Below the pieces are notes generated by a model. That model saw only the letters and a program-made list of their open reading frames with translations. It was not told the origin of the DNA and did not search any database. From a virus (lineage: Duplodnaviria; Caudoviricetes), in the IMG/VR virus record IMGVR_UViG_3300025066_000037, positions 1-53,104 of that record: a stretch of DNA of 53,104 nucleotides; one strand, written 5' to 3'. Of the stretch, positions 51,848 through 53,104 are shown piece by piece. Numbering within the stretch: position 1 is the first letter of the stretch; each line of letters starts with the position of its first letter. The translations under genes and the position numbers were made by a program.

Positions 51848-53104
51848 ATGGGTAATACATACACAAGACAATCCACTTACGTTGACGGCGATGTTGTTCA
51901 AGCAGCAGATTCTAATGATGAATTTGACCAACTGGTATTAGCCTTTACTGCTGCTTCAGGCCATTCACATGACGGTACTTCTGCTGAAGGTGGCGATGTA
52001 ACTAAGCTGTTAGGTACGGCTATTACGATTGGTGATGGCACTGCCGGTACAGATATTGCAGTTACCTTTGATGGAGAATCAAATGATGGTGTCCTTACGT
52101 GGATGGAAGATGAAGACCATTTTAAGTTTAGTGATGATGTTGTTATTGACAGCACTAAGCGGTTGTATCTTAACGATGAGGGTGGAGAATATATCCACGG
52201 CGACGGTACAGACCTCTACCTTGTATCCGGCGCAGATATTAACATTCCCGCTGATATTGGCTTAACTTTCGGAAATGACGGGGAGAAGATTGAGGGCGAT
52301 GGAACCGATCTCACTATTTCAGGTAATAATATTAATCTCACTGCTGTTGCCGATGTCAATATTCCTAGTGGTGTGGGTATCACTTTTGCGGCAACGGAAA
52401 AAATCGAATCAGATGGAACAGACCTTACGGTCACGGTTGGGGCCGGTGGGGACGTTAACATCCCAGCGGATATCGGCATTACTTTCGGTGATGATGGTGA
52501 GAAGATTGAAGGTGATGGTACTGATCTTACAATTTCAGGTAACAATATTAATCTCACTGCTGTTGCTGATGTGGTTCTACCCGCCGATGTAGGAATTACA
52601 TTTGGTACTGGCGAGAAGATTGAGGGCGATAACACCAATCTTACAGTAACTTCCGGTGCTGCCATTAATCTTACCGCAACTACTGATGTTGTTATTCCAA
52701 CCAACGTAGGTGTAACCTTCGGTACTGGTGAAAAGATCGAAGGTGATGATACGGACCTTACGGTTACATCAGGTGGAGCGATTAACCTTACTGCTACAAC
52801 GGACGTAGTTGTTCCTACTAATGTAGGTGTAACCTTCGGTACAGGCGAGAAGATTGAAGGTGATGATACTGATCTAACTGTAACATCAGGTGGAGCGATT
52901 AATCTTACTGCAACTACTGATGTGGTTGTTCCTACTAATGTGGGAGTTACGTTTGGTACAGGTGAGAAGATCGAAGGTGATGATACTGACCTGACGGTAA
53001 CTTCCGGTGCAGATATCAACCTGACTGCTACTTCTGATATCAATGTTCCAACAGATGTAGGAATTACCTTTGGTGATGACGGTGAGAAGATTGAGGGTGA
53101 TGGA
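51848..53104 (+). CDS. Tail fibre protein, 5' part (runs off the end, continues at position 1)
   Basis: MGNTYTRQS..DGDVVQAADSNDEFDQL..AF....GHSHDGT..EGG N-terminus; open to the end. Missing from the ORF track because there is no stop in the window. Confidence 0.85.
   Translation, partial: MGNTYTRQSTYVDGDVVQAADSNDEFDQLVLAFTAASGHSHDGTSAEGGDVTKLLGTAITIGDGTAGTDIAVTFDGESNDGVLTWMEDEDHFKFSDDVVIDSTKRLYLNDEGGEYIHGDGTDLYLVSGADINIPADIGLTFGNDGEKIEGDGTDLTISGNNINLTAVADVNIPSGVGITFAATEKIESDGTDLTVTVGAGGDVNIPADIGITFGDDGEKIEGDGTDLTISGNNINLTAVADVVLPADVGITFGTGEKIEGDNTNLTVTSGAAINLTATTDVVIPTNVGVTFGTGEKIEGDDTDLTVTSGGAINLTATTDVVVPTNVGVTFGTGEKIEGDDTDLTVTSGGAINLTATTDVVVPTNVGVTFGTGEKIEGDDTDLTVTSGADINLTATSDINVPTDVGITFGDDGEKIEGDG
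52187..53104 (+). repeat. Tandem ~38-40 aa (mostly 114-120 bp) repeats in tail fibre
   Basis: EKIEGDxTDLT(V/I)xSG..INLTAxxDVxxPxxVGxTFG units at ~52283, 52398, 52499, 52613, 52730, 52847, 52964 and 53084, plus a degenerate unit at ~52187. Confidence 0.92.
52971..53104. repeat. Terminal overlap, copy 2 (matches 1-134)
   Basis: 133/134 identity to the window start. Confidence 0.95.

Noticed and set aside
773-53043. Numerous antisense or alternate-frame ORFs (e.g. 773..1252, 8980..9387, 13996..14493, 26490..27884 +, 34201..34693, 52216..53043)
   Set aside because: Shadow ORFs of well-supported genes, caused by codon bias and repeats, with no SDs or motifs.

Overview
The window is an apparently complete (~53 kb, ends overlapping by 134 nt) genome of a lytic, marine-type podovirus. 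The Usg gene, IbpA-type Hsp20 and class II RNR suggest an alphaproteobacterial host. It has three transcription blocks. (i) A long + strand morphogenesis arm runs from 33971 through the contig junction to 17865: terS, terL, portal, scaffold, major capsid, tail tube/nozzle, a repeat-built tail fibre, three fibre+chaperone cassettes, holin-like genes, a secreted trypsin-like protease and internal virion proteins. (ii) A - strand replication arm runs 29621->17862: family A DNA polymerase (Tyr762 type, no DnaJ insert), SSB, PD-(D/E)XK exonuclease, T7 gp4-like primase-helicase, endonuclease I, DUF3310, a MazG-like enzyme and B12-dependent class II RNR. (iii) A GC-richer + strand 'early' block at 29886-33012 carries a GP88-like gene, DUF932 and small ORFs. 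I saw no RNA polymerase, integrase, tRNA, CRISPR or reverse transcriptase. From memory of these families, the structural genes look HMO-2011-like and the replication genes cobavirus/T7-like; this needs database confirmation. The most notable unannotated signals are: a ~225 nt highly structured ncRNA candidate (28387-28612); a ~270 bp control region with three pairs of boxes exactly symmetric about 33670, including two back-to-back consensus promoters; a recurring [YFM]xxGGxV peptide tag in several unrelated late proteins; a ROSE-like thermometer on hsp20; a twin internal-loop RNA operator before the scaffold gene; a metallothionein-like peptide; and a pair of paralogous microproteins with a RuvA-domain-III/UBA-like motif. 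All family assignments come from motif recognition by eye, not from searches.
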